From a virus (lineage: Duplodnaviria > Caudoviricetes), in IMG/VR virus record IMGVR_UViG_3300025718_000015, positions 1-41,718 of that record: a stretch of 41,718 nucleotides of DNA, one strand, 5' to 3'. The notes beneath the pieces are model-generated. The model saw nothing but the letters and a program-made list of their open reading frames with translations, did not search any database and was not told the DNA's origin. Of the stretch, positions 27,939 through 36,850 are shown piece after piece. A program made the translations under genes and the position numbers. How positions within the stretch are numbered: the stretch's first letter is position 1; each line of letters begins with the position of its first letter.

Positions 27939-28592
27939 TTATCCTAAAATTTTATGAATAGTTTCAGGATCATTCTTCCATTCAGTAATCCAGCAATGAG
28001 AACAAATATCATGATCATCATCAACCCAAAAACAATTACCATGTCCGGGATGATAACATGCATTATTATCCGTACATCCACATATTTTACAAACACCATA
28101 TTCCCCAATGAATTTTACAGGTTTCGTATTTCCAGCTACATAGAGTGGATGTTTTGGACTACCATCATTATTTTGTACCAGGCACTGTCCATCCGTGAAC
28201 AACTTAATTACTTCCTTCGACCTTTTTTTTGCTTCCTTGAATGATCCCCATGCAAATATTACCTGGTTACATTTAGTGCCTATATCTGATAACCATTTAT
28301 CATTATCACCCAATGGATCCTTACATGTTTTTAAATCTGCGGGATAAGCACTTACCCATGCAAACAAATTAAGCATGTAAACCGATCCATACCCCCAATC
28401 ATTAGCAAATTGGATAACCCTGCGGATAGTAGGGTCATTCTTTGATTCGTTGGCCGTACTTGGGTTTAATCCTATAAACATGAGTGATGGTTTACTTTCA
28501 TCCCAGTTACGCCAAAGTACATACCGGTATTTTCGGCAATCACTAAATATGGCACCATCCTCATTATGTTTAAATAAATCAAGTTGTTTCAT
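27939..28592 (-). CDS. DUF1643-family protein with C-terminal Cys-rich zinc finger
   Basis: YRYVLWRNW, MFIGLNPSTA, DPTIRR and PKHPLY motifs; tail CKICGC...CFW...CSHC. Confidence 0.85.
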   Translation of the reverse strand: MKQLDLFKHNEDGAIFSDCRKYRYVLWRNWDESKPSLMFIGLNPSTANESKNDPTIRRVIQFANDWGYGSVYMLNLFAWVSAYPADLKTCKDPLGDNDKWLSDIGTKCNQVIFAWGSFKEAKKRSKEVIKLFTDGQCLVQNNDGSPKHPLYVAGNTKPVKFIGEYGVCKICGCTDNNACYHPGHGNCFWVDDDHDICSHCWITEWKNDPETIHKILG

Positions 28593-28619
28593 ACGATTAT
28601 TTTATTTTGTTTCATGGCT

Positions 28620-28772
28620 TTATTTTACTTCCTTTACTTCGTCTGCAGGATACCGGTTTTCATTTTCGTTACAATCAACGAATTGTTGCTTATGAATTAT
28701 GACCAGGGATTTCATGGTTATGATCTTACCGGTTTCTTTGACCACAAATTCTTTTTTATAGATAAATTCCAT
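28620..28772 (-). CDS. Small hypothetical protein (50 aa, MEFIYKKEF...)
   Basis: My translation; fills the gap between co-oriented genes. Confidence 0.4.
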   Translation of the reverse strand: MEFIYKKEFVVKETGKIITMKSLVIIHKQQFVDCNENENRYPADEVKEVK

Positions 28773-28774
28773 GT

Positions 28775-29335
28775 TTACTCCTTTACTTCAATTGCTTCCA
28801 ACCAATATCCTTCAGTTACAAATACAGTATCATTCTTTCTGGAACTGGTTGGTCTGAACATACCGGTATACGAAGAAGAATAATCTATTGGCTTACATTT
28901 ACCACCGGTGGCATAATAGTCAGCCGATATTTTTTTATGCAGGTCAGGGAATTCATTCAGTTGAGACTCAGTAATGATTTTATTTTCAAAAACTGCAAAA
29001 GCTTCCCTGAGCATAGTGTCAAGTTTATTCTTGTGAGCTGTGTTATACTGTTCCCGGATAAAGAATTTTCTTTGTACAGACTCCTGCAGTTTTAATTTTG
29101 TAAGTTCAAACTGACTTCTATTAATAGCAAAGCACATAAGCATATATTTGCCTGGAAAGCCTAATTGACGTTGTCTGGTTGCATCTTCACAAACATCTTT
29201 GCTGGCAATGCCAAAACTTATTACACCTCCCTGACTGACTGTATAGTTGTCATAGAGTGTATTACTCATTAAAATACCTTGGTTGTTATCATCAACCATT
29301 TTATCCATTACGGATAAATATGATACTTCTTTCAT
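28775..29335 (-). CDS. Hypothetical protein
   Basis: Start taken at MKEVSYL, two bases after the upstream stop. Confidence 0.6.
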   Translation of the reverse strand: MKEVSYLSVMDKMVDDNNQGILMSNTLYDNYTVSQGGVISFGIASKDVCEDATRQRQLGFPGKYMLMCFAINRSQFELTKLKLQESVQRKFFIREQYNTAHKNKLDTMLREAFAVFENKIITESQLNEFPDLHKKISADYYATGGKCKPIDYSSSYTGMFRPTSSRKNDTVFVTEGYWLEAIEVKE

Positions 29336-29337
29336 GG

Positions 29338-29631
29338 CTAGTTCAGTTTTAGTGTTATCGTTTCCCCAAAATCGCAATACTGACCTTTATGCACACATTT
29401 TTCATTGTCAATACTAATAGCTTCATAAGCTGTGCAATGGGTTCCGCAGTCTGCTTTTTCGTAGCATTCACCGGTATCTTTACAATACACGTATTCTTCT
29501 TCAGATTCAGGAACCGGAATTGCTTCAATGACTTCAATTGAAGTAAGACCATCTTCTTTCATTATCTCCTGAAAATGTGATTCCGGATAGCAATTCTCTG
29601 CATCCTCGTTTTGAAAATAAATTTTTTCCAT
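29338..29631 (-). CDS. Cys-rich hypothetical phage protein
   Basis: 97 aa with several cysteines. Confidence 0.65.
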   Translation of the reverse strand: MEKIYFQNEDAENCYPESHFQEIMKEDGLTSIEVIEAIPVPESEEEYVYCKDTGECYEKADCGTHCTAYEAISIDNEKCVHKGQYCDFGETITLKLN

Positions 29632-29658
29632 AATATTTTGAAATTTAAATGGTTGATA

Positions 29659-29892
29659 TTATTGTTTTAAAAATGCCTGTAAAGTTTCAACTTCCATTTC
29701 GAGTTGAAAATATGCGTCCTGTTGTTTCTCTGTGGCTTCGCCACTTTCTTGAATATCTCTGATTTTATCAAACTTTTTTTGAAGTTTTGGTAATTCAGAT
29801 TTTAGCAATGCTTGTAAAACTTTGACTTCGTCTTGTTGAAGTCCAAGTACCTGATAAGTACTGTGGTTAATGTTGTCGATAGTCCATTTCAT
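29659..29892 (-). CDS. Hypothetical protein
   Basis: 77 aa, coiled coil. Confidence 0.6.
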   Translation of the reverse strand: MKWTIDNINHSTYQVLGLQQDEVKVLQALLKSELPKLQKKFDKIRDIQESGEATEKQQDAYFQLEMEVETLQAFLKQ

Positions 29893-29910
29893 CTTGCGAA
29901 TTTTTATAAA

Positions 29911-30102
29911 TTAATAAATCATTAGTTCTGTCACGTCATTACTTCCGAACTGGACATCTGGATATGTTTGCGTTGATAAACATTCGATATCTTCTACTTC
30001 GCAATTTCCATATTCGTCTACATTTTCAAAATCTGTAACTTTAACTACTTTCATATCCATTGGATACTGTTTTAGTTCGTTGATCAATTCTTTTACTGTC
30101 AT
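29911..30102 (-). CDS. Small phage protein (MTVKELINELKQYP type)
   Basis: Common phage early-gene N-terminus. Confidence 0.65.
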   Translation of the reverse strand: MTVKELINELKQYPMDMKVVKVTDFENVDEYGNCEVEDIECLSTQTYPDVQFGSNDVTELMIY

Positions 30103-30113
30103 ATTCGTATTAT

Positions 30114-33100
30114 TTAAAAAGGTGTATCATCTTCTCCTGCAGGAACTATTCCGCCGGCAGTTGTTTCTGATTTTACAATCATCACTTGCCCGGGTTCTCC
30201 GATCATGATTGATTCTATTCCGTTCGATTTGTCATCCTCTACGGGGTTTCCGTCTTTATCGTAGCGCAGCGCTTTGCCTGATGTCTGATCGTACAAATGT
30301 GGATTAAACTTGAAGCCACGAAGCTCGCAGAACCACTTTATTTTTTTCTTGAAAAGCGATATCGTTTCGTACTTCATATTATGGCCACCAAACTTGATAA
30401 ACTCATCGTACATGTCGGCTTTCTTCTTAAGCTTAACGCCAATCTTCTCTTTGTTACTGAAGAATTCATCGGCCCAGGTAAGGAATGATTCTCCAATATC
30501 CTGCCGGAGTTTACGCGAAGCCAGGCGTTCCTGAGGAGCTTCCACCACGCCAAAGCGAAGGTAAACCTGTATACACATCGATAGTAAATTCCATTGCAAA
30601 TTCCATTGTTCGCCATCCCACTCCGTGAAAAATCTATTTCCAAAATCATCAATAGGCTTATGTTTGTCATTATACCAGTCGCTGAATGCAATAAGCCACT
30701 GGCGATCGGTGAATGATGATCCGGTGCCGTTGATGGCATGGTTGGTGGTGATGTATATCTTTGGCGACAGGTGAAACGGAACCGTTATACGCCGGCCACC
30801 TTTGTAGTTCACTGTCCAGTCGCCGGTAATGCAGGCAAACAACCATTCCAGGTTAAAATTTGTTCGTGCGTCATCAATGAAAACAAATTTTGTTTTTTCG
30901 GTCATTTCATCCCACAGGAAACTATCCGTGTCTAAGTCCGGTTTTTTGCCATTAATTGGAACGGTTGGATTTATAAACTTTAGCATTTCGCCCACGATAG
31001 ATTTTCCGGAACGTCCATTACTGGTACCAACTTCCGATTGCTTGCCGTCCATGGCAATCACTGCCCGGGCGTTTGAACTATCTTTTGCCCCGATAAGCAG
31101 GTAACCAATGGCTGCAAGTTTTGAAATTAAATGGTGTTTATTTTCGTAGATATCTTCTTCAGTAATCTCCACCATGTCGCCTTCTTCTTTCTGCTTTTGC
31201 TTTCGCCAGGTGAAGTTCGACGTATTTTCCAAAAACCGGAGGAACTGGCATTTTTTTCCGATATCGCTAATGCTGTAATCGTATTTTCCTTCAGGAGTTT
31301 TCCAGACTTTGATAAGCGGTTTTTCAATGGTTGCCGGAAACGATTGCCGCTGATCCGTCCAGATAAGGTATGAAACATTGGTATAATCCAACGCTTTTAT
31401 GGAATTATCCCTGATCTCCCAAAAATTGTCACGGAAGTAAAATCGCTGGTAGTCGGTTTTTGATTCTTCAAACTGAAGTTTGAAATCTATCAGGTTGCCA
31501 AGGTTGTTTGGTCCTAAGTATTGAACAGATCCTTTGAAAAGCATTTCGAGTATTTCCTCATCGTCCAGCTCGCGGGTAAAATCCATTACATAATCCTTGA
31601 CATCGAACGGTTCCACCGTACGAACAAAAGGGTGTGTGATGTGTATAAATTCAAACGATTTGCCTCCAAGCTGTTTGTATCGACCAAAACCACGGTTCTG
31701 GAGGAAGCGGCAACAGCGTACATACTTGAATTCATAGATATTTTTTTGAGAACGTTCGTTCCACGATTTATTCCAGTATTTTTCTTCTTCTTCGAGCGGT
31801 TGAGCCGACTCCAGCTTTCCTTCTTCGCTGAATTTCCAGATATGTTTCCCAATCCGGAACTCCGAAAATTTTGAAAGTGCTTCTTTATGAACTTCAGCAA
31901 ATGCCTGAGCACTATGCAAACTCCATATTTCGGACAGCTTATACTCCGGATTAATGGTATTTATTTTGTACAGCGTCATGTAGTCACCTTTCAGACTCTT
32001 CTGAAGCATGAGGTTTTCTATGTCAAAGCGCAAATCTTCCTCTTTGCCTTTCAGCGTATTACTCAATAAATCATCAATGCCTTTGTCGCCATTTTCGTTT
32101 TTGTTGATATGGCCAACATAAGGCTGAACCACCAGCTGCCGTCCCTTGAGGGTTGACATATATTCGCCAAAATTGCGGGCTGCATAATAGAAATTAAGCG
32201 GACGTTTCTGAACATTGTCCGTAATTTTAATATCGTGATGCAAATCGTTGTAGTCGCCGTCAAACAGCAATACTACTTGCTTCACTTCCATATCGCGAAT
32301 AATGCGAATAAAATCTTCCGGCAGATGTTGATCTTGTGCCAGGTTATTGATCCCTGAAATACCAATAGACCAAACACCGTGCTTACAGGCTTTTTCAGCC
32401 TTTTTTTCGCCTTCCTGAACAAACAACCGATCGATTGTTTTTCCTTCGGAATGCATCTGCCTGATCTTGTCAGGAATAAAAATAAAGTTGCTTGAGCCAT
32501 ACGGACTTCGATACTTTACCGATTTTCCTTTTTCGTCTTTATGTTCGTCCGGGAACTGATATCGCACACGGAAAAATAGTTTTTTCTTACCGGTGGGATT
32601 ACCTTTTTTCTTTACTTCAAAAAGTACCGGGTTTCCGTCCAGATCGTAGTAATCAATAATCACATCGTCACCATCAGCAATGGGTTCGAAAGCGGAATTA
32701 TGTGTTCCCTTCCGGAAGATTGGAACGAGCTTTGGTTTTATATGCTCGAATGGCCGAACGAATGCCGTGATATCATCTTTTGTCAACCCCGATTGTGACA
32801 TCATTATGTCGCAATAAGGCTTTTCGTCTTTCTTTGGCTGTTTAGGAGCCGGCTTCGGTTCCGGTCCTACTATTACCACACTGAATTTATTCATCAAGTG
32901 CTCAAGCGCCTGCGGATAATTCATATTTTGATATTTACGCAGAAATCCAACGGCATCATTTCCACCGCAATTCTGGCATTTAAAACATTTGTAGATACCT
33001 GCCGGAGGATCAACTTGCAATGCATCGGGTAAACCACACACCGGACATTTTCCAGTGTATTTATTGGCATGAGGTTTCTTTTTCAACGGCACATAATCAC

Positions 33101-33170
33101 CAATAACCTCCACCAACTTATGGTTTGTTTCATCTAATATTTTTCGGGTATCTTCGGGTTTAAAAAACAT
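30114..33170 (-). CDS. Primase-helicase (zinc finger + TOPRIM + P-loop helicase)
   Basis: CPVC..CFKC zinc finger; QEGEKKA and LFDGD TOPRIM motifs; GRSGKS Walker A; FVFIDD Walker B. Confidence 0.9.
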   Translation of the reverse strand: MFFKPEDTRKILDETNHKLVEVIGDYVPLKKKPHANKYTGKCPVCGLPDALQVDPPAGIYKCFKCQNCGGNDAVGFLRKYQNMNYPQALEHLMNKFSVVIVGPEPKPAPKQPKKDEKPYCDIMMSQSGLTKDDITAFVRPFEHIKPKLVPIFRKGTHNSAFEPIADGDDVIIDYYDLDGNPVLFEVKKKGNPTGKKKLFFRVRYQFPDEHKDEKGKSVKYRSPYGSSNFIFIPDKIRQMHSEGKTIDRLFVQEGEKKAEKACKHGVWSIGISGINNLAQDQHLPEDFIRIIRDMEVKQVVLLFDGDYNDLHHDIKITDNVQKRPLNFYYAARNFGEYMSTLKGRQLVVQPYVGHINKNENGDKGIDDLLSNTLKGKEEDLRFDIENLMLQKSLKGDYMTLYKINTINPEYKLSEIWSLHSAQAFAEVHKEALSKFSEFRIGKHIWKFSEEGKLESAQPLEEEEKYWNKSWNERSQKNIYEFKYVRCCRFLQNRGFGRYKQLGGKSFEFIHITHPFVRTVEPFDVKDYVMDFTRELDDEEILEMLFKGSVQYLGPNNLGNLIDFKLQFEESKTDYQRFYFRDNFWEIRDNSIKALDYTNVSYLIWTDQRQSFPATIEKPLIKVWKTPEGKYDYSISDIGKKCQFLRFLENTSNFTWRKQKQKEEGDMVEITEEDIYENKHHLISKLAAIGYLLIGAKDSSNARAVIAMDGKQSEVGTSNGRSGKSIVGEMLKFINPTVPINGKKPDLDTDSFLWDEMTEKTKFVFIDDARTNFNLEWLFACITGDWTVNYKGGRRITVPFHLSPKIYITTNHAINGTGSSFTDRQWLIAFSDWYNDKHKPIDDFGNRFFTEWDGEQWNLQWNLLSMCIQVYLRFGVVEAPQERLASRKLRQDIGESFLTWADEFFSNKEKIGVKLKKKADMYDEFIKFGGHNMKYETISLFKKKIKWFCELRGFKFNPHLYDQTSGKALRYDKDGNPVEDDKSNGIESIMIGEPGQVMIVKSETTAGGIVPAGEDDTPF

Positions 33171-33173
33171 AAC

Positions 33174-33575
33174 TTACCATATTTCAAGTTGCAACCAATC
33201 AATTACTTCTTCGCTGGGAATTTCGAGGTGTCGAGCTATAGCCTTCAGTTCCTCGGCTGTCGGCACAGCTTCGCCACGGTATAACTGCCAGAACCGACGC
33301 CGTCGAATGCCGGTAGCTTCGTAAAATCGAGCCGTTGGGCTGAAGTATTCCGGATAAATTATTTTTTTCCGGAGAAGCCGGAGAATATGGTTATTCTCAT
33401 TTCGGATAATAAACAAGCGCTCACGGAGCAGGAACAGTTTCAGTTCCGATAGTTTGCATCCAAGATCCTCCGCCATTTGCTCAGGTGTTTTTATCCTGAT
33501 ATTCTCTGTTATGTAGGGAAGATTGTTTGTCCAGCGTTCGTGCATTGATGTAATTTCTAAATTGTGAATAATCAT
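33174..33575 (-). CDS. HTH DNA-binding protein
   Basis: C-terminal XRE-like FYEATGIRRRRFWQLYRGEAVPTAEELKAIARHL. Confidence 0.65.
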   Translation of the reverse strand: MIIHNLEITSMHERWTNNLPYITENIRIKTPEQMAEDLGCKLSELKLFLLRERLFIIRNENNHILRLLRKKIIYPEYFSPTARFYEATGIRRRRFWQLYRGEAVPTAEELKAIARHLEIPSEEVIDWLQLEIW

Positions 33576-33861
33576 TACTAAAGCAATAAGTTCCGTTGCT
33601 CTCGGTCATGTAGCACCAAATTATTTTTATAAATAAATCGGTCGAGTCCAGAGGCATCCAATCTTTGAAATGAGCGCATTTTTTATGCGTATGATCAATC
33701 CAAGTTTGAATATCGAGGTGTTCGCCAACCTTTAGCTTATCGCAAAGATCATATATGTAATTTTTGATTTTAAATAAGCTTTCTTCGCCTATTTTACTGA
33801 CATAATGATTGTACCAGGAATCATCTTTGGCCGACGTGGGGATATGTGATTTTAGGTTCAT
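33481..33861 (-). CDS. Hypothetical protein
   Basis: 126 aa, coupled to the upstream gene. Confidence 0.6.
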   Translation of the reverse strand: MNLKSHIPTSAKDDSWYNHYVSKIGEESLFKIKNYIYDLCDKLKVGEHLDIQTWIDHTHKKCAHFKDWMPLDSTDLFIKIIWCYMTESNGTYCFSNDYSQFRNYINARTLDKQSSLHNREYQDKNT

Positions 33862-34064
33862 GGCTTTATTAGTTCAAAATGTCCTTCTTTACGGTCAACC
33901 GGTTTCCTGCTATGAGGCATACATGGTATTGGACCGCAATCTTCAGTAAATAGAAAAGCGCATTTAATGCACGAAGATTTTAATCTTTCTTCTTCTACAA
34001 ATTCAAATACGTTATCACCTATGACAACTGTATTTTTATCTTCTGAAATGCTTGTGATTATCAT
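33858..34064 (-). CDS. Small Cys-containing protein
   Basis: 68 aa; CIKCAF...C..C. Confidence 0.55.
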   Translation of the reverse strand: MIITSISEDKNTVVIGDNVFEFVEEERLKSSCIKCAFLFTEDCGPIPCMPHSRKPVDRKEGHFELIKP

Positions 34065-34075
34065 ATTTTTGATTT

Positions 34076-34393
34076 TTAGGTAAATTGAAATGTTTTACCG
34101 TTTCCGGTTCCAAATTTTATCGGTTTAATTGTTGTTGTAAATGGGAAATCTGCTTTGTTTACCTTATCCAGTACATCCTTTATTGGTTTTGCATTCGTAA
34201 AAAACTTTCTTTCCACATTTTCAACCCGGATCCGGACAACATATCTTCCTTCTCCGAATTGAGTCTTTACATTTGGTGCAAAATCAAGTATTTCAATTTC
34301 TAAGTTAGTCAAATCTGTGATTGATATCTTTTGCACCGGAAATATATTTTGTTGCTCTTCAGGCTTTATCCCAAGGTCAGAAAATTTCTTCAT
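34076..34393 (-). CDS. RT-coupled hypothetical protein (beta-rich; candidate DGR accessory)
   Basis: 105 aa; its start overlaps the RT 3' end by 17 bp. Confidence 0.7.
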   Translation of the reverse strand: MKKFSDLGIKPEEQQNIFPVQKISITDLTNLEIEILDFAPNVKTQFGEGRYVVRIRVENVERKFFTNAKPIKDVLDKVNKADFPFTTTIKPIKFGTGNGKTFQFT

Positions 34394-35363
34394 GTTTGAG
34401 TATCTTTTTTTGTAAGTGTTTTGAATTGCAGTGTTTTACCCAGCCAAGGTGAGGGCTAATCTGTATTTTGTACGCTTTTGGATCAAGTTTCTTCTTATTG
34501 AGTTTTGCAGCCTTTCTACAGAACCGGACTTTAATCGATTTTCTCATTAATATGTGCGTATGCCGGAAGACATAACCCACAAAATCAATTCCACGAACTG
34601 CAACCGGAAATACTTGATAATTGCCTTTTACCTGAAGGTTTAATTCGGTAGTCATGTAATTGTTTATTTCTGCTAATAATGCATGTAAATAAGGCTTATC
34701 CGGTGCAAGTATCACCACGTCATCAGCGTATCTATAGTAATATTTAACCTCTTTAGTTTCCTTTATCCAGTGATCAAAATAACTGAGGTATAGATTTGCA
34801 AAAAACTGTGACAAGTAATTACCAATGGGAACTCCGGGAGCTGAATCAATAATACCATCGAGCAGATCCAGAAGCTTTGTGTCCTTTATTTTCTTCCGGA
34901 TAATCACCTTCAGTATATTATGGTCAATCGTTGGGTAAAACTTCTTTATGTCAAGTTTAAGGCAATACTGCGTATTTTCAAAGTCCTTTAAATCTCGTTT
35001 AATTACCATTAAAACAGCATGTATTCCCCTGCCTTTTATGCAACTGTAAGTATGCTGAATGAAAATACTTGTCCATATCGGTTCCATTACGTTCATAATT
35101 GCATGGTGAACTACTCTATCCCGAAACGGTAACCTATATATTTCACGTTCTTTCGGATCGTAAATTGTGAATACACTGTATTCCGAAGTTCGGTAAGTTC
35201 CGGAAACTAAATCTTCATGCAGTTTGCTCATATTATTTTCCAAATCCTTTTCAAAAAGTCTTACGCCGTAAGATTTAGCCTTTCCCTGCTTTGCCTTCAG
35301 GTATGCAGCATATAAATTTTCAGTACTGCAAATCGTATTGTACAAGTTCCTTTTTCTTTTCAT
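34377..35363 (-). CDS. DGR reverse transcriptase
   Basis: RDRVVHHA, LKLDIKKFY, GVPIGNYLSQ (DGR-type GNxxSQ), YYRYADD and GIDFVGY motifs; 328 aa with no maturase or endonuclease domain; adjacent TR/VR pairs. Confidence 0.96.
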   Translation of the reverse strand: MKRKRNLYNTICSTENLYAAYLKAKQGKAKSYGVRLFEKDLENNMSKLHEDLVSGTYRTSEYSVFTIYDPKEREIYRLPFRDRVVHHAIMNVMEPIWTSIFIQHTYSCIKGRGIHAVLMVIKRDLKDFENTQYCLKLDIKKFYPTIDHNILKVIIRKKIKDTKLLDLLDGIIDSAPGVPIGNYLSQFFANLYLSYFDHWIKETKEVKYYYRYADDVVILAPDKPYLHALLAEINNYMTTELNLQVKGNYQVFPVAVRGIDFVGYVFRHTHILMRKSIKVRFCRKAAKLNKKKLDPKAYKIQISPHLGWVKHCNSKHLQKKILKHEEIF

Positions 35364-35730
35364 TTCTTTTTCTTGAATTGTATTCGGAGCGTCGAATTAT
35401 TTCGCATTCCATACAATTATTGCATAAATACCTGAAACCGTTTCGCTTATCGAATCTTTTGTAAAATTCTGAAAATGACTTGCTTTTATTGCATTTATTA
35501 CAAATCTTTTCTCCTATTACATTTCTACTACTCCGTTGTTGCTGTGATGCTATAATTCGCCTTTTTTCTTTGAAAATTATATCTCTGACTTTTTTTATTA
35601 CATCTTCTTTAGAATTGAATCCTATTGCGTAAACCTCGTTTATAATATCATTTACTATAACTATCGTTCCAAAACTTTTTAAGTTTCTGTTGTACATGAT
35701 ATTTGCGTATTGATTTATAAAATCGTACAT
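35320..35730 (-). CDS. Zinc-ribbon protein between TR and RT
   Basis: KICNKCNKSKSFSEFY...CNNCMEC; AT-rich; overlaps the RT start by 44 bp. Confidence 0.65.
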   Translation of the reverse strand: MYDFINQYANIMYNRNLKSFGTIVIVNDIINEVYAIGFNSKEDVIKKVRDIIFKEKRRIIASQQQRSSRNVIGEKICNKCNKSKSFSEFYKRFDKRNGFRYLCNNCMECEIIRRSEYNSRKRNEKKKELVQYDLQY

Positions 35731-35851
35731 GGCTTAATTATTTAGTTTATACTTTGCTTTTCTAATTAGAGCGTTCGGTTTCCCTACTAACACCGTTTGA
35801 ACTTGTTATTTTTTGCCATGAGGCAAGGCCTTTGTCTTTGTAATTTTTTAG

Positions 35852-35932
35852 AGCATAGGTGCGAGGTGTTACCTGCATTCGCATTCGAGTTTTCGTAATT
35901 CGTATTATTGAAAACGAACCCACTGGAAGACA
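35852..35932 (-). repeat. DGR template repeat (TR)
   Basis: Non-coding 81 bp with 23 coding-strand adenines; reads SSSGFVFNNTNYENSNANAGNTSHLC (AAY-rich). Confidence 0.95.
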
Positions 35933-35961
35933 ACCTCACAAAGACAAACAGCCCTTATTTT

Positions 35962-36339
35962 TTACTTCAGAATAATTTGTGAATAAACTTCCGTAAACTG
36001 TTTACCTGCATACTCAGCCATCTCTTCAGTCGGAAAGCAAAGGCGCGAGGTGTAACCCGCAATCGCAAGCGAGTTCTCGCAATCCGTATTAACGAAAACG
36101 AACCCACCGGAAGACATACGAAACCAAGGGTAATACTTGTATTGATTACTATCTGTCCAGTCAGCTTTCCAATCACCGACCAAAGCTTTGGTAATTATTA
36201 CGGCTGCATATAGAGCCTTTAAAAATTCACGCATTTCTTCAGGGACTTCACTAAATTCAGGAGTTGCAGGCATTCCTGTTGCATTACAAGCATCCTCTAA
36301 AGTTTTGATGCTTTCCATTGTTGTTTCTTGTTTTTCCAT
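35962..36339 (-). CDS. DGR target protein 1 (125 aa)
   Basis: Contains VR1; paralogue of 36377..36850. Confidence 0.92.
   Translation of the reverse strand: MEKQETTMESIKTLEDACNATGMPATPEFSEVPEEMREFLKALYAAVIITKALVGDWKADWTDSNQYKYYPWFRMSSGGFVFVNTDCENSLAIAGYTSRLCFPTEEMAEYAGKQFTEVYSQIILK
36036..36116 (-). repeat. DGR variable repeat VR1
   Basis: Ungapped match to TR; 13 mismatches, all at TR adenines. Confidence 0.95.
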
Positions 36340-36376
36340 GTGAGTAAAATTGTTTATGCCTTTCGGCGATTATTGA

Positions 36377-36850
36377 TTAAATGATAAAATCCGAATATAA
36401 TGGTAAGAATTGTTCTCCGGCATATTTAGCCAGTTCCGAACTTTTAAAGCAAAGGCGCGAGGCGTCACCCGCAACCGCATACGAGTAGTCGGAACTCGTA
36501 CCATAGAAAACGAACCCACCGGAAGACATACGAAACCAAGGGTAATACTTGTATTGATTACTATCTGTCCAGTCAGCTTTCCAACCTTCGTTGAGTGCTT
36601 GAGTGATAGTTTTGATTTTACGATAAGTAACTTCATCAGGTGTCAACCCTGATGTACTAAAATCCTTTTCAGTCCAAGGACTAATACCAAGTTCCTCGCA
36701 TGCATCTTCGTATGATTTTATACGATCAGTAATTTTAGTTGAGAAAAACTCTTTTCCAAAAGTTGTCTCAAGCAGTTTTTTAAATTCAGGTGTCGCAGTC
36801 TTATGCATGCTACGAGCTTCTGATTCTTCAATTAATACTTGTTTTTTCAT
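36377..36850 (-). CDS. DGR target protein 2 (157 aa)
   Basis: Contains VR2. Confidence 0.92.
   Translation of the reverse strand: MKKQVLIEESEARSMHKTATPEFKKLLETTFGKEFFSTKITDRIKSYEDACEELGISPWTEKDFSTSGLTPDEVTYRKIKTITQALNEGWKADWTDSNQYKYYPWFRMSSGGFVFYGTSSDYSYAVAGDASRLCFKSSELAKYAGEQFLPLYSDFII
36448..36528 (-). repeat. DGR variable repeat VR2
   Basis: Ungapped match to TR; 16 mismatches, all at TR adenines. Confidence 0.95.

Noticed and set aside
34377-35363. RT as group II intron, retron or Abi RT
   Set aside because: It is short, has no maturase or endonuclease domain, carries the GNYLSQ motif, and has adenine-specific TR/VR pairs next to it.
36370-36636. Alternative-frame ORFs 36370..36636 and 35967..36176 sharing sequence
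   Set aside because: Their similarity is a by-product of the VR duplication; the TR AAY codon frame matches the 125- and 157-aa ORFs.
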